Positions 8,756-18,847 of a stretch of DNA of 51,201 nt are shown in pieces. The stretch is taken from positions 1-51,201 of the forward strand of contig CAYRXE010000001.1 in NCBI GenBank assembly GCA_964428205.1, read 5' to 3'. The notes below the pieces were generated by a model, which worked only from the letters and a program-made list of their open reading frames with translations, made no database searches and was not told where the DNA came from. The position numbers were made by a program, and so were the translations under genes. The DNA is from an uncultured Candidatus Peribacteria bacterium. GTDB lineage: Bacteria; Patescibacteriota; Gracilibacteria; Peribacterales; Peribacteraceae. Positions within the stretch are counted from its first letter, which is position 1. Every line of letters begins with the position of its first letter.

Positions 8756-9538
8756 ATGGCACGACCTTCGTCGCTCTCCCTTCTCTGGCGCCTCCTCACA
8801 ACGGTGAGGAACCCTTGGACCTACGTGTGGAATCGTCTTGGCCTCATTCCACATCCCTTTAGTTACAAACTGTGGGATGGCACGAAGGTGATGAGCAGGC
8901 CTTTTGCGATCGATCGTATGTCCATTAACGACGTGTGGCTTGAACAGAGTTACGAGCCCAATCACTACGGCATTCCTTTTGATTGGAAGTCTGTGAAAAA
9001 TGTTATCGACATTGGTGCGAACACTGGAACCTTCACGCTCTTTGCGGCATGGCGCGCACGCAATGCACAGATTCATTCTGTAGAACCTGAACCAGGCAAC
9101 TTGAAGATCCTTGAAGCAAACGTGAATCAAAATAATTTGCAGAATCGTGTGCACATCCATCCTGTAGCTATGGGGGCAAAAGAAGAGACTCTCACGCTGC
9201 ATATCAATCACCAGAGCAGTGGCGGCCACTCCCTCCATAAGTACACCGACGACAGCCACGGCATTGCCGTTCCGGTAAAACCACTGATGACGATTCTGGA
9301 TCAGCTCAACGGAGCAACGTGTGATTTTTTGAAGATGGACTGCGAGGGTGCCGAGTACGACATTTTGTATACCCTCCCCGAGGAGACCTTCGCCCGACTC
9401 CCCTTCATGGCCGTGGAATTCCATCATTTTTCGGATGATCCCACCCACCGCCCGGGTCCTCTTAAAGAGTTCTTAACAAAGAAAGGCTATAACCTGTTAG
9501 AGCACAAGAAATCGCTCTGCTTTGCCTATAAGAAATAA
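8756..9538 (+). CDS. FkbM-family SAM-dependent methyltransferase, 260 aa
   Basis: VIDIGANTGTFTLF, EPEPGN and FLKMDCEGAEYDIL are typical FkbM blocks. Confidence 0.85.
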   Translation: MARPSSLSLLWRLLTTVRNPWTYVWNRLGLIPHPFSYKLWDGTKVMSRPFAIDRMSINDVWLEQSYEPNHYGIPFDWKSVKNVIDIGANTGTFTLFAAWRARNAQIHSVEPEPGNLKILEANVNQNNLQNRVHIHPVAMGAKEETLTLHINHQSSGGHSLHKYTDDSHGIAVPVKPLMTILDQLNGATCDFLKMDCEGAEYDILYTLPEETFARLPFMAVEFHHFSDDPTHRPGPLKEFLTKKGYNLLEHKKSLCFAYKK

Positions 9539-9540
9539 CG

Positions 9541-9546
9541 TACAAT
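9541..9546 (+). promoter_or_regulatory. -10-like box TACAAT, 8 nt upstream of ATG 9555
   Basis: TACAAT ctctgtac ATG. Confidence 0.45.
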
Positions 9547-9554
9547 CTCTGTAC

Positions 9555-10829
9555 ATGTCTGATCGTCCTGTCCTCTGCGTCGTGGGTCTTGGCTACGTTG
9601 GCCTGCCCCTTGCTCATGCCTTTGCTGCCAAAGGATATGAGGTCCTTGGCTATGACATCAGCGAGAAGCGCATCACGGAGTTGCAACAGCACACAGACAG
9701 CACCCGCGAACTCACAACGGAACAATTACAGGCAGCACCCATCACTTTTAGCAGTGATGCCGAAATCATGCGCAAGGCAGACGTGATTATTCTCGCCATC
9801 CCAACCCCGGTAGATGACGCAAACAAGCCTGACCTCACACTCGTGGAGTTGGCTTCGGAGAATGTGGGTAAGCACATGAAGAAAGGAGCCATCGTCGTGT
9901 ACGAGTCGACGGTGTACCCGGGAGTTACGGAAGATATCTGCGGACCAATTTTGGAGAGGGCCTCAGGTATGAAGTGCGGAGTCGATTTCACTCTTGGGTA
10001 TTCGCCAGAACGCATCAACCCCGGAGACAAAGAGCACACCGTCGATAAGATTATGAAGATCGTCGCAGGTCAGGATGCTGCGACCTTGGAGAAACTCGCA
10101 ACGCTCTACGGATCGATTGTGACTGCAGGCATCCACAAAGCTTCGTCCATCAAGATCGCCGAAATGGCCAAGGCAATTGAGAATGCACAGCGCGATATCA
10201 ACATCTCCTACATCAACGAGATAGCCATCCTCTGCAGCAAGATTGGTATTCCTACAAAAGAGGTTTTGAACGCTGCAGGTACGAAGTGGAACTTCCTCAA
10301 GTTCCAACCGGGACTCGTAGGAGGCCACTGCATTGGCGTGGATCCGTATTACCTCGTCGAGAAAGCAGACATGCTCGGCATGAAAACTCCGCTCATCAGT
10401 GCGAGTCGCGCCATCAACGACAGTATGGGTTGCTTTGTTGCAGAGCAAGTCGTGGGCGCGCTCAAGAGTGATGCCAAACAGGCAAAGGTTCTCGTGATGG
10501 GTGTGACCTTTAAAGAGAACATCCCAGACACTCGCAACAGCAAAGTCGGTGACGTGATCAAGCATCTGCGTGCCGCAGGCTGCACCGTCAAAGTGCATGA
10601 CGCGCAGGTGACTCGCGAAACGTTGGAGAAGATGACCTACGAACCAGGCTCGCTCGAAGATGGTCCGTTCGATGCCGTGCTCTTGCTCGTCCCACACAAG
10701 GAATACCTGGCACTGAGTAGTGAAGAGTTCGCTGCAGCTCTCAAGCCACAGGGCGTGTTCTTTGACCTTAAATCACTCTTAGACCGCAAGGCATTTGAGG
10801 GAGCAGGCCACACATATATCGCCTTGTAA
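9555..10829 (+). CDS. nucleotide-sugar 6-dehydrogenase, TviB/WbpO-like (UDP-HexNAc to UDP-HexNAcA), 424 aa
   Basis: VVGLGYVGLPLAHAFA, GYSPERINPGD and GLVGGHCIGVDPYYL (catalytic Cys). Start moved from 9522 to ATG 9555 to clear the upstream gene. Confidence 0.88.
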   Translation: MSDRPVLCVVGLGYVGLPLAHAFAAKGYEVLGYDISEKRITELQQHTDSTRELTTEQLQAAPITFSSDAEIMRKADVIILAIPTPVDDANKPDLTLVELASENVGKHMKKGAIVVYESTVYPGVTEDICGPILERASGMKCGVDFTLGYSPERINPGDKEHTVDKIMKIVAGQDAATLEKLATLYGSIVTAGIHKASSIKIAEMAKAIENAQRDINISYINEIAILCSKIGIPTKEVLNAAGTKWNFLKFQPGLVGGHCIGVDPYYLVEKADMLGMKTPLISASRAINDSMGCFVAEQVVGALKSDAKQAKVLVMGVTFKENIPDTRNSKVGDVIKHLRAAGCTVKVHDAQVTRETLEKMTYEPGSLEDGPFDAVLLLVPHKEYLALSSEEFAAALKPQGVFFDLKSLLDRKAFEGAGHTYIAL

Positions 10830-10831
10830 GG

Positions 10832-10837
10832 TACAGT
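10832..10837 (+). promoter_or_regulatory. -10-like box TACAGT, 7 nt upstream of ATG 10845
   Basis: TACAGT aggcgcc ATG. Confidence 0.45.
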
Positions 10838-10844
10838 AGGCGCC

Positions 10845-11984
10845 ATGACGTCTCTTTTGCGTAACACTGTCCTCCTGAGTGCGATCTTGATCATGCTCGT
10901 GGGTGCAACGCTCTACCCGTACGGCGGTGACCCCAGTGCACTCTTCCACATGGATGTTGAGCGCGCAGTCTCGTACTCGGTACCCGAAGGATTCATTATC
11001 CTTGGCGTCCCCGGTTACGACGGCATGCAGTACTACGACATCGCCAAAAACTTTGCGCTCGTGTTTCAGCCCTCACAGTGGCCCGAACTGAATATTTCGG
11101 ATGCCATGTCGTACTCGTACCAACGCGCATTGCTCCCTGCCCTCGCATTTGCATTCTCTTTTAATCAAGTCACAGCCCTCCCGTGGGTATTTTTGATCAT
11201 CAACCTCACATGCTTAGTGCTCACGGGGTTACTGGTCTTCCGCAGAAGCAAGAATCCCCTGTTTGGCTTTGCTCTGGCGCTCTGTCCTGCTGCCATGGTG
11301 GGTTTGCACTTTTCGTTGGCTGAACCTGTGACGCTCTTGCTGTGCACCCTCCTGTTCCTCTTACTCGAAAAGACGCAGCGCATGGGAGCAGTCGAAGTAC
11401 TCCTCCTCTCGGCGCTCGTACTGGCTCGCGAAGTGAACGTGCTCCTCGCAGCGTTCCTTGTCGCATTCTTTTTGTGGAAGTATCAGTGGCGTAACGCACT
11501 CCTCGCATGCATCGGCATTGCGGTCTTCATCGCCTGGCACACGGTCATCTACAAGATCTTTGCGGCCATCCCCTTCTTGTGGAGTACCGATAAGCACGGC
11601 TTCCCTGGATGGGCAGTGCTCGAGATCTTCCTTGGTTGGAAAGGATGGAACGCACGCACACTTTCTTCCATCGCTCTGTGCTTGGGATTCGTTTTGCCTG
11701 CGACGATTATGAGTGTGCAGGAGACGATCAAGACAAGACTCAAGGAGTTACTGCCTTTGGGCGCGCTCGCATTTCTGCTGCTTATGTGGGCCATGCCGGA
11801 CCACATTTGGGGATCGGTCACGAGTATTGGTCGCGTGATCACTCCGGTGTATCCCTTTGTGATACTTCTTTGTGTAAAGCGCAACGATGTATTCGCGCGC
11901 GTACTGACTGGCGCTATTCTGGTGCTCGGCGTCGTGACGGCCGCAGGCCTCATCTCCGTCGTTCATCCCTTTACGTTAAGCTGA
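10845..11984 (+). CDS. polytopic membrane protein, GT-C/PIG-V-like putative glycosyltransferase or glycopolymer assembly protein, 379 aa
   Basis: About 10 hydrophobic helices. Loop-1 motif GYDGMQYYDIAKNF resembles the DGxxYxxIA motif of PIG-V/GT-C-like mannosyltransferases. Confidence 0.5.
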   Translation: MTSLLRNTVLLSAILIMLVGATLYPYGGDPSALFHMDVERAVSYSVPEGFIILGVPGYDGMQYYDIAKNFALVFQPSQWPELNISDAMSYSYQRALLPALAFAFSFNQVTALPWVFLIINLTCLVLTGLLVFRRSKNPLFGFALALCPAAMVGLHFSLAEPVTLLLCTLLFLLLEKTQRMGAVEVLLLSALVLAREVNVLLAAFLVAFFLWKYQWRNALLACIGIAVFIAWHTVIYKIFAAIPFLWSTDKHGFPGWAVLEIFLGWKGWNARTLSSIALCLGFVLPATIMSVQETIKTRLKELLPLGALAFLLLMWAMPDHIWGSVTSIGRVITPVYPFVILLCVKRNDVFARVLTGAILVLGVVTAAGLISVVHPFTLS

Positions 11985-12664
11985 TGCGTTTGAGTGTCAT
12001 CGTCCCCGTCTATAACGAAGCCCGCACCGTCGCGGACATCATGCAGCGCATTGCGTCTGCACTTCCTGATGCTCAGGTGATTTATGTGGATGATGGCTCG
12101 AAGGATGACTCTCTGAAGATCCTCAAAACGCACGCTCGTCCGCATGACCTCGTCCTCACAAAACCAAATGGAGGCAAGGGTTCTGCAATAAAGATGGGAC
12201 TGGAGAAGAGTGAAGGTGCATACACGGTCATCCAGGATGCTGATCTCGAGTACACACCACTCGATATTCCAAAGCTCCTTGCAGAAGCAGAAGCTCACCC
12301 GGGATGTGCGGTCTTTGGTTCCAGATTCCTCACGACGAATCCCGTGATGTACAAACGTTTCTTGATGGGAAACAAAGTGCTGAGCTTGATCGTGAGTATC
12401 CTGTTTGGAAAGCGCATCACCGACAGCTACACCTGCTACAAGCTCTTACCGACCGATGTCTTCCGCGGTCTTGGCATCAAGAGCAGTGGCTTTGAGATGG
12501 AAGCCGAGATCTGTGCCAAGTGCCTGCGCCGAGGAATCCCCGTGCGCGAGCTGCCGATTCACTACACACCAAGGAGTGTCTTAGAGGGCAAAAAGATTAA
12601 ATTTAGTGATGCCTGGAAAGGGCTCTGGATGATGACGAAGATACGATTTGGTAGAGCTAAGTGA
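11984..12664 (+). CDS. GT2 glycosyltransferase, Dpm1-like, 226 aa
   Basis: ORF 11609..12664 trimmed to ATG 11984 (TGATG 1-nt overlap with the upstream stop). Motifs LSVIVPVYNE, YVDDGSKDDS and IQDADLEY. Confidence 0.85.
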   Translation: MRLSVIVPVYNEARTVADIMQRIASALPDAQVIYVDDGSKDDSLKILKTHARPHDLVLTKPNGGKGSAIKMGLEKSEGAYTVIQDADLEYTPLDIPKLLAEAEAHPGCAVFGSRFLTTNPVMYKRFLMGNKVLSLIVSILFGKRITDSYTCYKLLPTDVFRGLGIKSSGFEMEAEICAKCLRRGIPVRELPIHYTPRSVLEGKKIKFSDAWKGLWMMTKIRFGRAK

Positions 12665-12707
12665 AGAGAGCTGAGAGCTGAAGCTCAGCACTCAGCGTTC
12701 AGCTCTC
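12650..12707 (+). repeat. copy A of the palindrome-rich inverted-repeat element upstream of asnB-like gene 1
   Basis: Core 12661-12706 GTGAAGAGAGCTGAGAGCTGAAGCTCAGCACTCAGCGTTCAGCTCT matches the reverse complement of 20786-20831 at 43/46 positions. Internal 10-bp stem GAGAGCTGAA (12673-82) / TTCAGCTCTC (12698-12707). Confidence 0.85.
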
Positions 12708-12730
12708 CGCTCTTACAAGATTGGGCAATA

Positions 12731-12759
12731 TTCTCAGTAATCATGCGTTCCTCTATAGT
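12731..12759 (+). promoter_or_regulatory. putative promoter of asnB-like gene 1 (leaderless)
   Basis: TTCTCA (12731-36), 17-nt spacer, TATAGT (12754-59), then 6 nt to ATG 12766. The blocks CAATATTCTC and TCTATAGT are conserved with identical spacing upstream of the second asnB-like gene. Confidence 0.5.
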
Positions 12760-12765
12760 GAGAGC

Positions 12766-14592
12766 ATGTGCGGTATCGCAGGAATCAGCGGCGAGGACCA
12801 AAAGACTATTGAGGCAATGATCACGTGTTTGCGGCACCGCGGACCGGATGGTGACGCATTTGTGGTTGAGAAAGGCGCATCGTTTGGGCATGCACGTCTG
12901 GCTATTTTGGATCCGCGTCCCATTGGAGACCAACCCATGTGGAACGATGACCGCACAGTGGTGATGGTCTACAACGGAGAAGTTTTTAACTTTAAGGAGC
13001 TACGCGAACAGGAAGGCTTCACCTGCAAGACGAACACCGATACCGAAGTGCTTCTCAAATTGTACGACGTGTACGGCGACAAGTTTGTGGACAAGCTTCG
13101 CGGCATGTTCGTGTTTGCTCTGTACGACACCCGCACGCGCACGTTTGTGATCGCGCGAGACAGTAGCGGCATTAAGCCACTGTTCTATTCCACCGTTGGC
13201 GGTCGCCTCGCATTTGCGTCCGAGATGCGCACACTCTTGGCAGCCATGCCTTCACGACCTGCGATTGATGAGCGCTCGCTCTCGCACTATCTGCGCCTGC
13301 AGTACGTGCCTGGACCACAAACGCTCTGCGAAGGAATTTCCTCCCTTGTACCGGGAACAGTCCTCACCTGGCGCGATGGCCACATGAAACTACGGCACTT
13401 CCGTCCCGATGTCCCCTCGCATGCTCCTTTTAGATCCAAGTCTGAGTTCATGCAGGAGTTCCCTGCGTTGATGGAGGATTCCGTACGCGCGCACATGGTG
13501 TCGGATAGACCCATTGGATTATTTTTGAGCGGCGGCATGGATTCGTCCATCGTGTTGCACCACATGGCAAAGCTGAGCGACCACCCTGTCGAAACATTCA
13601 CGGTGCGCTTCGAAGCAACCGAAGAAGAAGGCGCCAAGAGGTTTAATACCGATGCCGATTTCGCAGCACTCAGCGCAAAGCACTACGGTGCCAACCATCA
13701 TGAAATTCTGCTCACGGCCAAGGATTTTCGTGATCTGTATGCCGAAACGGCGAGGTCGCTCGACCAGCCAAATTCGGACCACGTGTCGGTGGCGCAGTAC
13801 TTGCTGTCTCGCGAAGCAAAGAAGCACGTGGACGTCGCACTCACCGGTGCCGGGGGTGATGAATTGTTCGGAGGATACCCACGCTACCGCATCGCACGTG
13901 TGCTTAAGGCGTTGTCGTGGATGCCGGGAGGGTTACGCAGTGCACTCGCTGGCATGACGTCGTACCCCAAGGATGTACTCGGGATGGACCCAGGATCAGT
14001 GCTGGCAGAACGTCTGCTCGCTCGTCCTATTTCGGAAATCACAAGTGTCGCCAAGGGTGACTGGTTCGACGCACAGGCAACGACCAAGCTCTTCACACAA
14101 CGCTTTGCCGAAGTGCAGAGCTACGATGCCATTCGACAGTTCCAGGAGTTCGATAGGCACCTCTGGCTCGTGGATGAATCACTCAGGCTCACCGATGCCA
14201 CCACCATGGGAAGTGGACTCGAAGGGCGCGTGCCATTCATTGACCCATACATCATCTCTGCCGCGCACGCGGTGCCAAGCAATTGGAATGTGTCACTCAC
14301 GAACACCAAGGTGCTCCTCAAGCAGACCTACCGGAATATTCTGCCGAGTCATTTATTCACACTCGATAAAGCGAGCTTCTATCCCCCACTCGCCAAGTGG
14401 TTACGCCGCGAAGCTTGGCCGCTCGTGGAAGAAATGTTGGAGCATCCACGCATCAAAGAGAGGTTTGATACGGATCGTTTGCGCGTCATCGCCGAGGATC
14501 ACAAGTACCATCGCAAGTACGGGCTCCATCTGCTGTCGTCGCTAATCCAGCTTTCGCACTGGTTTACAGAGGTCTACGACGCCAAAAAGTAG
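12766..14592 (+). CDS. asparagine synthase-like glutamine amidotransferase (WbpS-type sugar/uronate amidotransferase candidate), 608 aa
   Basis: Start set to MCGIAG (Ntn Cys2). Motifs HRGPDG and the SGGMDSS PP-loop. Confidence 0.88.
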   Translation: MCGIAGISGEDQKTIEAMITCLRHRGPDGDAFVVEKGASFGHARLAILDPRPIGDQPMWNDDRTVVMVYNGEVFNFKELREQEGFTCKTNTDTEVLLKLYDVYGDKFVDKLRGMFVFALYDTRTRTFVIARDSSGIKPLFYSTVGGRLAFASEMRTLLAAMPSRPAIDERSLSHYLRLQYVPGPQTLCEGISSLVPGTVLTWRDGHMKLRHFRPDVPSHAPFRSKSEFMQEFPALMEDSVRAHMVSDRPIGLFLSGGMDSSIVLHHMAKLSDHPVETFTVRFEATEEEGAKRFNTDADFAALSAKHYGANHHEILLTAKDFRDLYAETARSLDQPNSDHVSVAQYLLSREAKKHVDVALTGAGGDELFGGYPRYRIARVLKALSWMPGGLRSALAGMTSYPKDVLGMDPGSVLAERLLARPISEITSVAKGDWFDAQATTKLFTQRFAEVQSYDAIRQFQEFDRHLWLVDESLRLTDATTMGSGLEGRVPFIDPYIISAAHAVPSNWNVSLTNTKVLLKQTYRNILPSHLFTLDKASFYPPLAKWLRREAWPLVEEMLEHPRIKERFDTDRLRVIAEDHKYHRKYGLHLLSSLIQLSHWFTEVYDAKK

Positions 14593-14625
14593 GTTTCGGA
14601 CGTAGCAAGGGACCACCCCGGAGGG

Positions 14626-14631
14626 TAGAAT
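14626..14631 (+). promoter_or_regulatory. -10-like box TAGAAT, 7 nt upstream of ATG 14639
   Basis: TAGAAT tttcgca ATG. Confidence 0.5.
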
Positions 14632-14638
14632 TTTCGCA

Positions 14639-15973
14639 ATGGCGACCATCTTTCGCCGGCTTTATAAACTGAGGGGCGTGCCCTTCGTGCAGAATTTCGC
14701 GAAGCTGCAGATTGGCACGGTGATCAGCCTAGGCACCGGCTTTGTATCGCTCGTGGTGTTCCCGCGCGTGCTTGGACTCGAAATGTATGGTCTCTACGCC
14801 GTCGTCGCAGCCTTCGCAGGCTTACTTGGATTCTTCTGTGCGTTTGGACAAGAAACCACCTGCGCCATCTTCTTTGCCGAAGCTACGGGCAAAAAGGATA
14901 GTGCCGCACAGCAATCAGTCCTTCGCTACTTCGTGCAATCGTGGTTACTCACGGTCGTCGTGTCTGTCGTTTTGATCGCGATTGCTCCGTGGCTTGGTGC
15001 GTCTATTGAAGGCAACGTTCTCGTGGGTGACTACGCACGTTTGATTCTCTTGAACATGGTGCTCCAAGCAGCGCCGACACTTTCGTTCATCATGCTGCAG
15101 AACTACCACGAGATAAACACGCTCGTGGTATGGGAGAACACACGCACCGTATTGCAGTTTGCACTCTCGACCATCTTCCTCCTCATGGGCTGGGGCATCG
15201 TGGGAATTTTGCTCGGCCCACTGGTAGTTTCTACGGTGTATTTCCCGCTCTGTTTGCTGCAATACAGGCGCATTGCACGTGAGAGGAATTTGCCTAGCCT
15301 TAGCCAAATAGTGAGGGACGTCACGAGAATGGATACGGGGAAATTCTTCGTCCAAGGTGTATGGATCACGCTCGATAAAAATATTTCGGGAAACCTGTAT
15401 CCCAACCTCTTCATCATGATTCTCAACGCCACAACGACCCTCGAGAACGTGGCTCTCTTCCGTCTCGCACTGCGTCTCGCTTCCCTACCAGGAACGCTGA
15501 TCATGCCGAACGTCTCGCGCTTGGCGACGGTGTACATTCCCAAACTGATCGGCAGTCCAGTCGCACTCATCAAAACGAACTGTGCCAAGCTCATCAAGGG
15601 CGCAACGGGTCTCACCTTCCTCGTGTGCTTGGGTGCAGCCGTGTGTGTTCCGCTCTTCTGGCCGCTTGTGTATGGCGATGAATTTACCGCTGCGATTCCA
15701 CTGTTCCTCGTGCTCCTCCCACTCAACTTGATGGCCGTGACGCACGTGGCCTCTGTCCCTCTGCTGCGTGTACTTGGAAAAACCTGGTCGATGATTGTGG
15801 TGAATGTGATTGGCGTCGCGCTCGCCTGTGGCGGGTACTACGTCTTGCTGCCAGTGATCCCCGCAAACTACGCCATGGCGATTGCCGTGCTGATCTTTAA
15901 CCTCCACACGCTCCTCCTTTTTGCCTACATCGCGCGTCTCCTTAAAACCTACAAACCTGCCGTTCTCGCTTAA
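14639..15973 (+). CDS. MOP-superfamily oligosaccharide flippase (Wzx-like), 444 aa
   Basis: About 12 or more TM helices. N-terminus FVQNFAKLQIGTVISLGTGFV is typical of polysaccharide biosynthesis (Wzx/RfbX) proteins. Confidence 0.75.
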   Translation: MATIFRRLYKLRGVPFVQNFAKLQIGTVISLGTGFVSLVVFPRVLGLEMYGLYAVVAAFAGLLGFFCAFGQETTCAIFFAEATGKKDSAAQQSVLRYFVQSWLLTVVVSVVLIAIAPWLGASIEGNVLVGDYARLILLNMVLQAAPTLSFIMLQNYHEINTLVVWENTRTVLQFALSTIFLLMGWGIVGILLGPLVVSTVYFPLCLLQYRRIARERNLPSLSQIVRDVTRMDTGKFFVQGVWITLDKNISGNLYPNLFIMILNATTTLENVALFRLALRLASLPGTLIMPNVSRLATVYIPKLIGSPVALIKTNCAKLIKGATGLTFLVCLGAAVCVPLFWPLVYGDEFTAAIPLFLVLLPLNLMAVTHVASVPLLRVLGKTWSMIVVNVIGVALACGGYYVLLPVIPANYAMAIAVLIFNLHTLLLFAYIARLLKTYKPAVLA

Positions 15974-16737
15974 GCGCGATACCCCAAGAAAATGCCTTCG
16001 GAGAGCTTACGGACCGTAAATCCTTTGCCCTCCAGGAACTCTTTGAGGATGGCTGGATGGTGCTTTGGATCGAGGGAGAACAGGTGGTAGTTCATCACGA
16101 TGCGATCGATGCGTTTGAAGTACTCATCAGAGAGTCCGTAGAACATGTCGTACTCGGCACCTTCGCAGTTCACCTTCAACAGATCGCAGTGTGCGATGCC
16201 GTGCTTCTCAAACGAAGCAGCGAGCGTCGTGACCGGAACCGAGATGGAGCGACTGCTCTCTGTCTGACGATAGAGCGAGTTCTGCTCTCCTCTCCCTGGC
16301 ATCACGTGCATCTTGAGTTCTCCTGCTTCCCCAGCAATACCTACAGGTTCGATGATGATGCGATCGTGCAATTTGCTCTCATCGACCGTCTTACGGAAGG
16401 TGTGGATGTTCGTGGGCTCTGGCTCGTACGCAATGACCTTTGCCGTGGGCGACTGCGAAGCGACGTACAGCGCAAAAACTCCCACGTGTGCGCCAACATC
16501 GATAACGGTATTGAGCGTATTCCAAGGAATCTCCGGTGCGTCGTACACGCCATCGAGGAAGATGTCATTAAACACAAAAAAGTCCGACGTCTTGGCCCTC
16601 AAGACCATGGTGTGTCCGGTACGGAGTTTGTAGCGAACGTACTCACCCTTGCTCAAACCAAGCCTGTACATGGGATACACCCACCAGTTCGAGACGGTGC
16701 GCATGAGCGCTGCCAAAAGAGAGATCGTCTGTGTCAT
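15970..16737 (-). CDS. FkbM-family SAM-dependent methyltransferase (paralog of 8756..9538), 255 aa
   Basis: VIDVGAHVGVFALY, EPEPTN and LLKVNCEGAEYDMF. Colinear with the first FkbM protein. Confidence 0.85.
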   Translation of the reverse strand: MTQTISLLAALMRTVSNWWVYPMYRLGLSKGEYVRYKLRTGHTMVLRAKTSDFFVFNDIFLDGVYDAPEIPWNTLNTVIDVGAHVGVFALYVASQSPTAKVIAYEPEPTNIHTFRKTVDESKLHDRIIIEPVGIAGEAGELKMHVMPGRGEQNSLYRQTESSRSISVPVTTLAASFEKHGIAHCDLLKVNCEGAEYDMFYGLSDEYFKRIDRIVMNYHLFSLDPKHHPAILKEFLEGKGFTVRKLSEGIFLGYRA

Positions 16738-16779
16738 GATCGAGCATGACCATAACAGAGAGGCAATTTCTCAACAAGA

Positions 16780-17607
16780 TTAAGGCTTTGGACGCAGTGC
16801 CTCAGCGGTAAGGCCGAGTGCAAAGATGGTGGCAGATGTGAAGAACCCGAACACCGTGATGGATGGCACATTGAAGAGCCACGCAAAGAACCCTGCGATA
16901 AAGAGTGTGACAATCGCAAGGAGGAGGAACAGCTTGATGGGGTTGTAGCGCACAATCACCTCGGTCATGTACTGGAGCGTGCGCAGCGAATCGCGAAGCA
17001 TCTTCACATGCGACTTCCCTACTCTCTTGTTGTACGGGATCGGCATGTAATCAACCATTTTGCCCGTGAGGTGGTACGTGAGCGTGAGCGTTGTTGTGAA
17101 ACTAAACCCGCTGCAGAGTCCTGCGAGGAAGGGCGTGATCTGCGACTTACGGAACACCCTCATGCCGGAGTTTACGTCTGGGATGTTGCAGCCTGTGGAC
17201 CACTCGGCGAGGAACAAGAGCATGGCACGGAGCGGACGCTTGAAGACGGATCCTAAGTACTCCTTGCCCTGACGTGCACCTGTGACCATGTCGAGTCCTT
17301 CTTCTAAGCGAGCAACGAGAGCCGGGATCTGATCGATGGGATAGGAACCGTCTGCGTCTGTGAGGATGATGATGTCGTTCTCGGCTGCGCGAATACCATC
17401 TTTGAGACTGTGTCCGTACCCAACGTTGATGGGATGACGAATGACTTTTGCTCCGTGGGCCTTTGCGACGGCACCCGTGTCGTCCGTGGATCCATCATCG
17501 ACTACGACCAATTCGAGCGTCAGCGGGAGCGTTTTAAGACGCGCGAGGACCTCACCGATAGCGGGTCCTTCATTGAATGCCGGGATGATGACGCTTGCGG
17601 ATGACAT
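16780..17607 (-). CDS. GT2 polyprenyl-phosphate sugar synthase (GtrB/ArnC/Dpm1-like) with 2 C-terminal TM helices, 275 aa
   Basis: Trimmed to MSSASVIIPAFNE. Motifs VVVDDGSTDDT and LTDADGSY. C-terminal IKLFLLLAIVTLFIAGFFAWLF and VFGFFTSATIFALGL. Confidence 0.82.
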   Translation of the reverse strand: MSSASVIIPAFNEGPAIGEVLARLKTLPLTLELVVVDDGSTDDTGAVAKAHGAKVIRHPINVGYGHSLKDGIRAAENDIIILTDADGSYPIDQIPALVARLEEGLDMVTGARQGKEYLGSVFKRPLRAMLLFLAEWSTGCNIPDVNSGMRVFRKSQITPFLAGLCSGFSFTTTLTLTYHLTGKMVDYMPIPYNKRVGKSHVKMLRDSLRTLQYMTEVIVRYNPIKLFLLLAIVTLFIAGFFAWLFNVPSITVFGFFTSATIFALGLTAEALRPKP

Positions 17608-18847
17608 GGAAGAGCTGGTCGAAACCGATACCAGAGAGGACAGCATAGCAGAAAAAGAGCGGCACCAGATAGCGCGGAGTGGCGTCTGTGAGCGCAAAAA
17701 GCGCTATGGAATAGGCCATGATAAGGATCAGCAGGGTCTCAAGAACGGAGGGCCTACGCCTATGAAGTACCAGGAACAGAAGCCAGCAAGCACACCCGAT
17801 GTACGTGATGAGCATGCCAAGGCTGATGGCGAGGTTGAGGGTCGTCCCACCGAAAGCACCTACGAATGGAATATGGAATTCGATGATCTCGAAGAGCGAG
17901 ATCCAAAGGTAGTTCGGGAAGTTCGCGAGAATCTTCTGCTGACTCACCTTCGTCACTTCGGCATCGGCCGGAACACCCACGAATCCTTCGGGCCACTTCA
18001 TGTGCCACACGGCATTGAAGCTGCAGTACGGGGAACGTTCACTCCAATCGCGCGAGATGTACTCGGCGTGCAAACAGCGTAGTGGCTCCAATCCAAAGAG
18101 CTGCTCTGATTGTTCTGCACGCACGTACCACTGGAGCACGTTTCGGTAGCACCCGGTAAAACACGGACTCCCCTGCAGTTGTATATTGCGCACGACCCAC
18201 GGTGCACACGCGATGGCGACCGCACATAAGAAGAGTGCGATGTGCTGCCACTTGAGTTTGAGAAAAAAGAAAAACGGGAGCAGGAAGATTGGCAGGAGCA
18301 GGAGTGGTGCGTAGACGAGGATGGCGCAGCCAAGCAAAGCGCCTGATAAAGCAGCGAACTGGATCTTGCGTGTGCGGATCCAGGTGATGAGTGCCGATGT
18401 CACAAAGAGGAAGAGTGAGAGTGCGAGGCTTTCTCGATAGAGGGAGAATGTGACTTTGAAGATCAAAGGCGAAAGCAGCAGAACCGCCGCTGTGATGTAC
18501 GTGGCAGAATCTCCAATAGAAGGACGGGTCACGCGGCAGAAGACGACGACGGCTGCGAGGTACAGGAGTGCTTGGATGAGGAACGCTGCCATTCCGTTTT
18601 GCAGTCCAAAGATGGAATAGACCCCGGCTAAGAACACGGGCATGCCAGGTTCACGTTCAAAGAATGGCTGTCCTTCCCAGGTGTATCCGCCTGTTTTGAT
18701 GATGTTCTCGGCAAGCGTGCTGTACACCGCTCCATCACCGGAAATTGTTTCGCTCGTTGGCAGACTCGACACCCAGTACGAGAACGCGGCAGTCACAACA
18801 ACGAAGAGGGCGATGAGAATGCCGAAGATGACGCTACGTTTGGTCAT
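17570..18847 (-). CDS. GT-C glycosyltransferase, ArnT/PMT_2-like polytopic membrane protein, 425 aa
   Basis: Trimmed to ATG 18847 (ATGA overlap with the asnB-like stop). Loop-1 DGAVYSTLAENIIKTGGY...EREPGMPVF. About 11 hydrophobic helices. Confidence 0.65.
   Translation of the reverse strand: MTKRSVIFGILIALFVVVTAAFSYWVSSLPTSETISGDGAVYSTLAENIIKTGGYTWEGQPFFEREPGMPVFLAGVYSIFGLQNGMAAFLIQALLYLAAVVVFCRVTRPSIGDSATYITAAVLLLSPLIFKVTFSLYRESLALSLFLFVTSALITWIRTRKIQFAALSGALLGCAILVYAPLLLLPIFLLPFFFFLKLKWQHIALFLCAVAIACAPWVVRNIQLQGSPCFTGCYRNVLQWYVRAEQSEQLFGLEPLRCLHAEYISRDWSERSPYCSFNAVWHMKWPEGFVGVPADAEVTKVSQQKILANFPNYLWISLFEIIEFHIPFVGAFGGTTLNLAISLGMLITYIGCACWLLFLVLHRRRPSVLETLLILIMAYSIALFALTDATPRYLVPLFFCYAVLSGIGFDQLFHVIRKRHHPGIQ

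Noticed and set aside
8678-9448. 256-aa ORF on the minus strand
   Set aside because: It is fully antisense to the FkbM methyltransferase gene, whose motifs are clear. The antisense product has no recognisable domain and an Arg/His-rich shadow-ORF composition.
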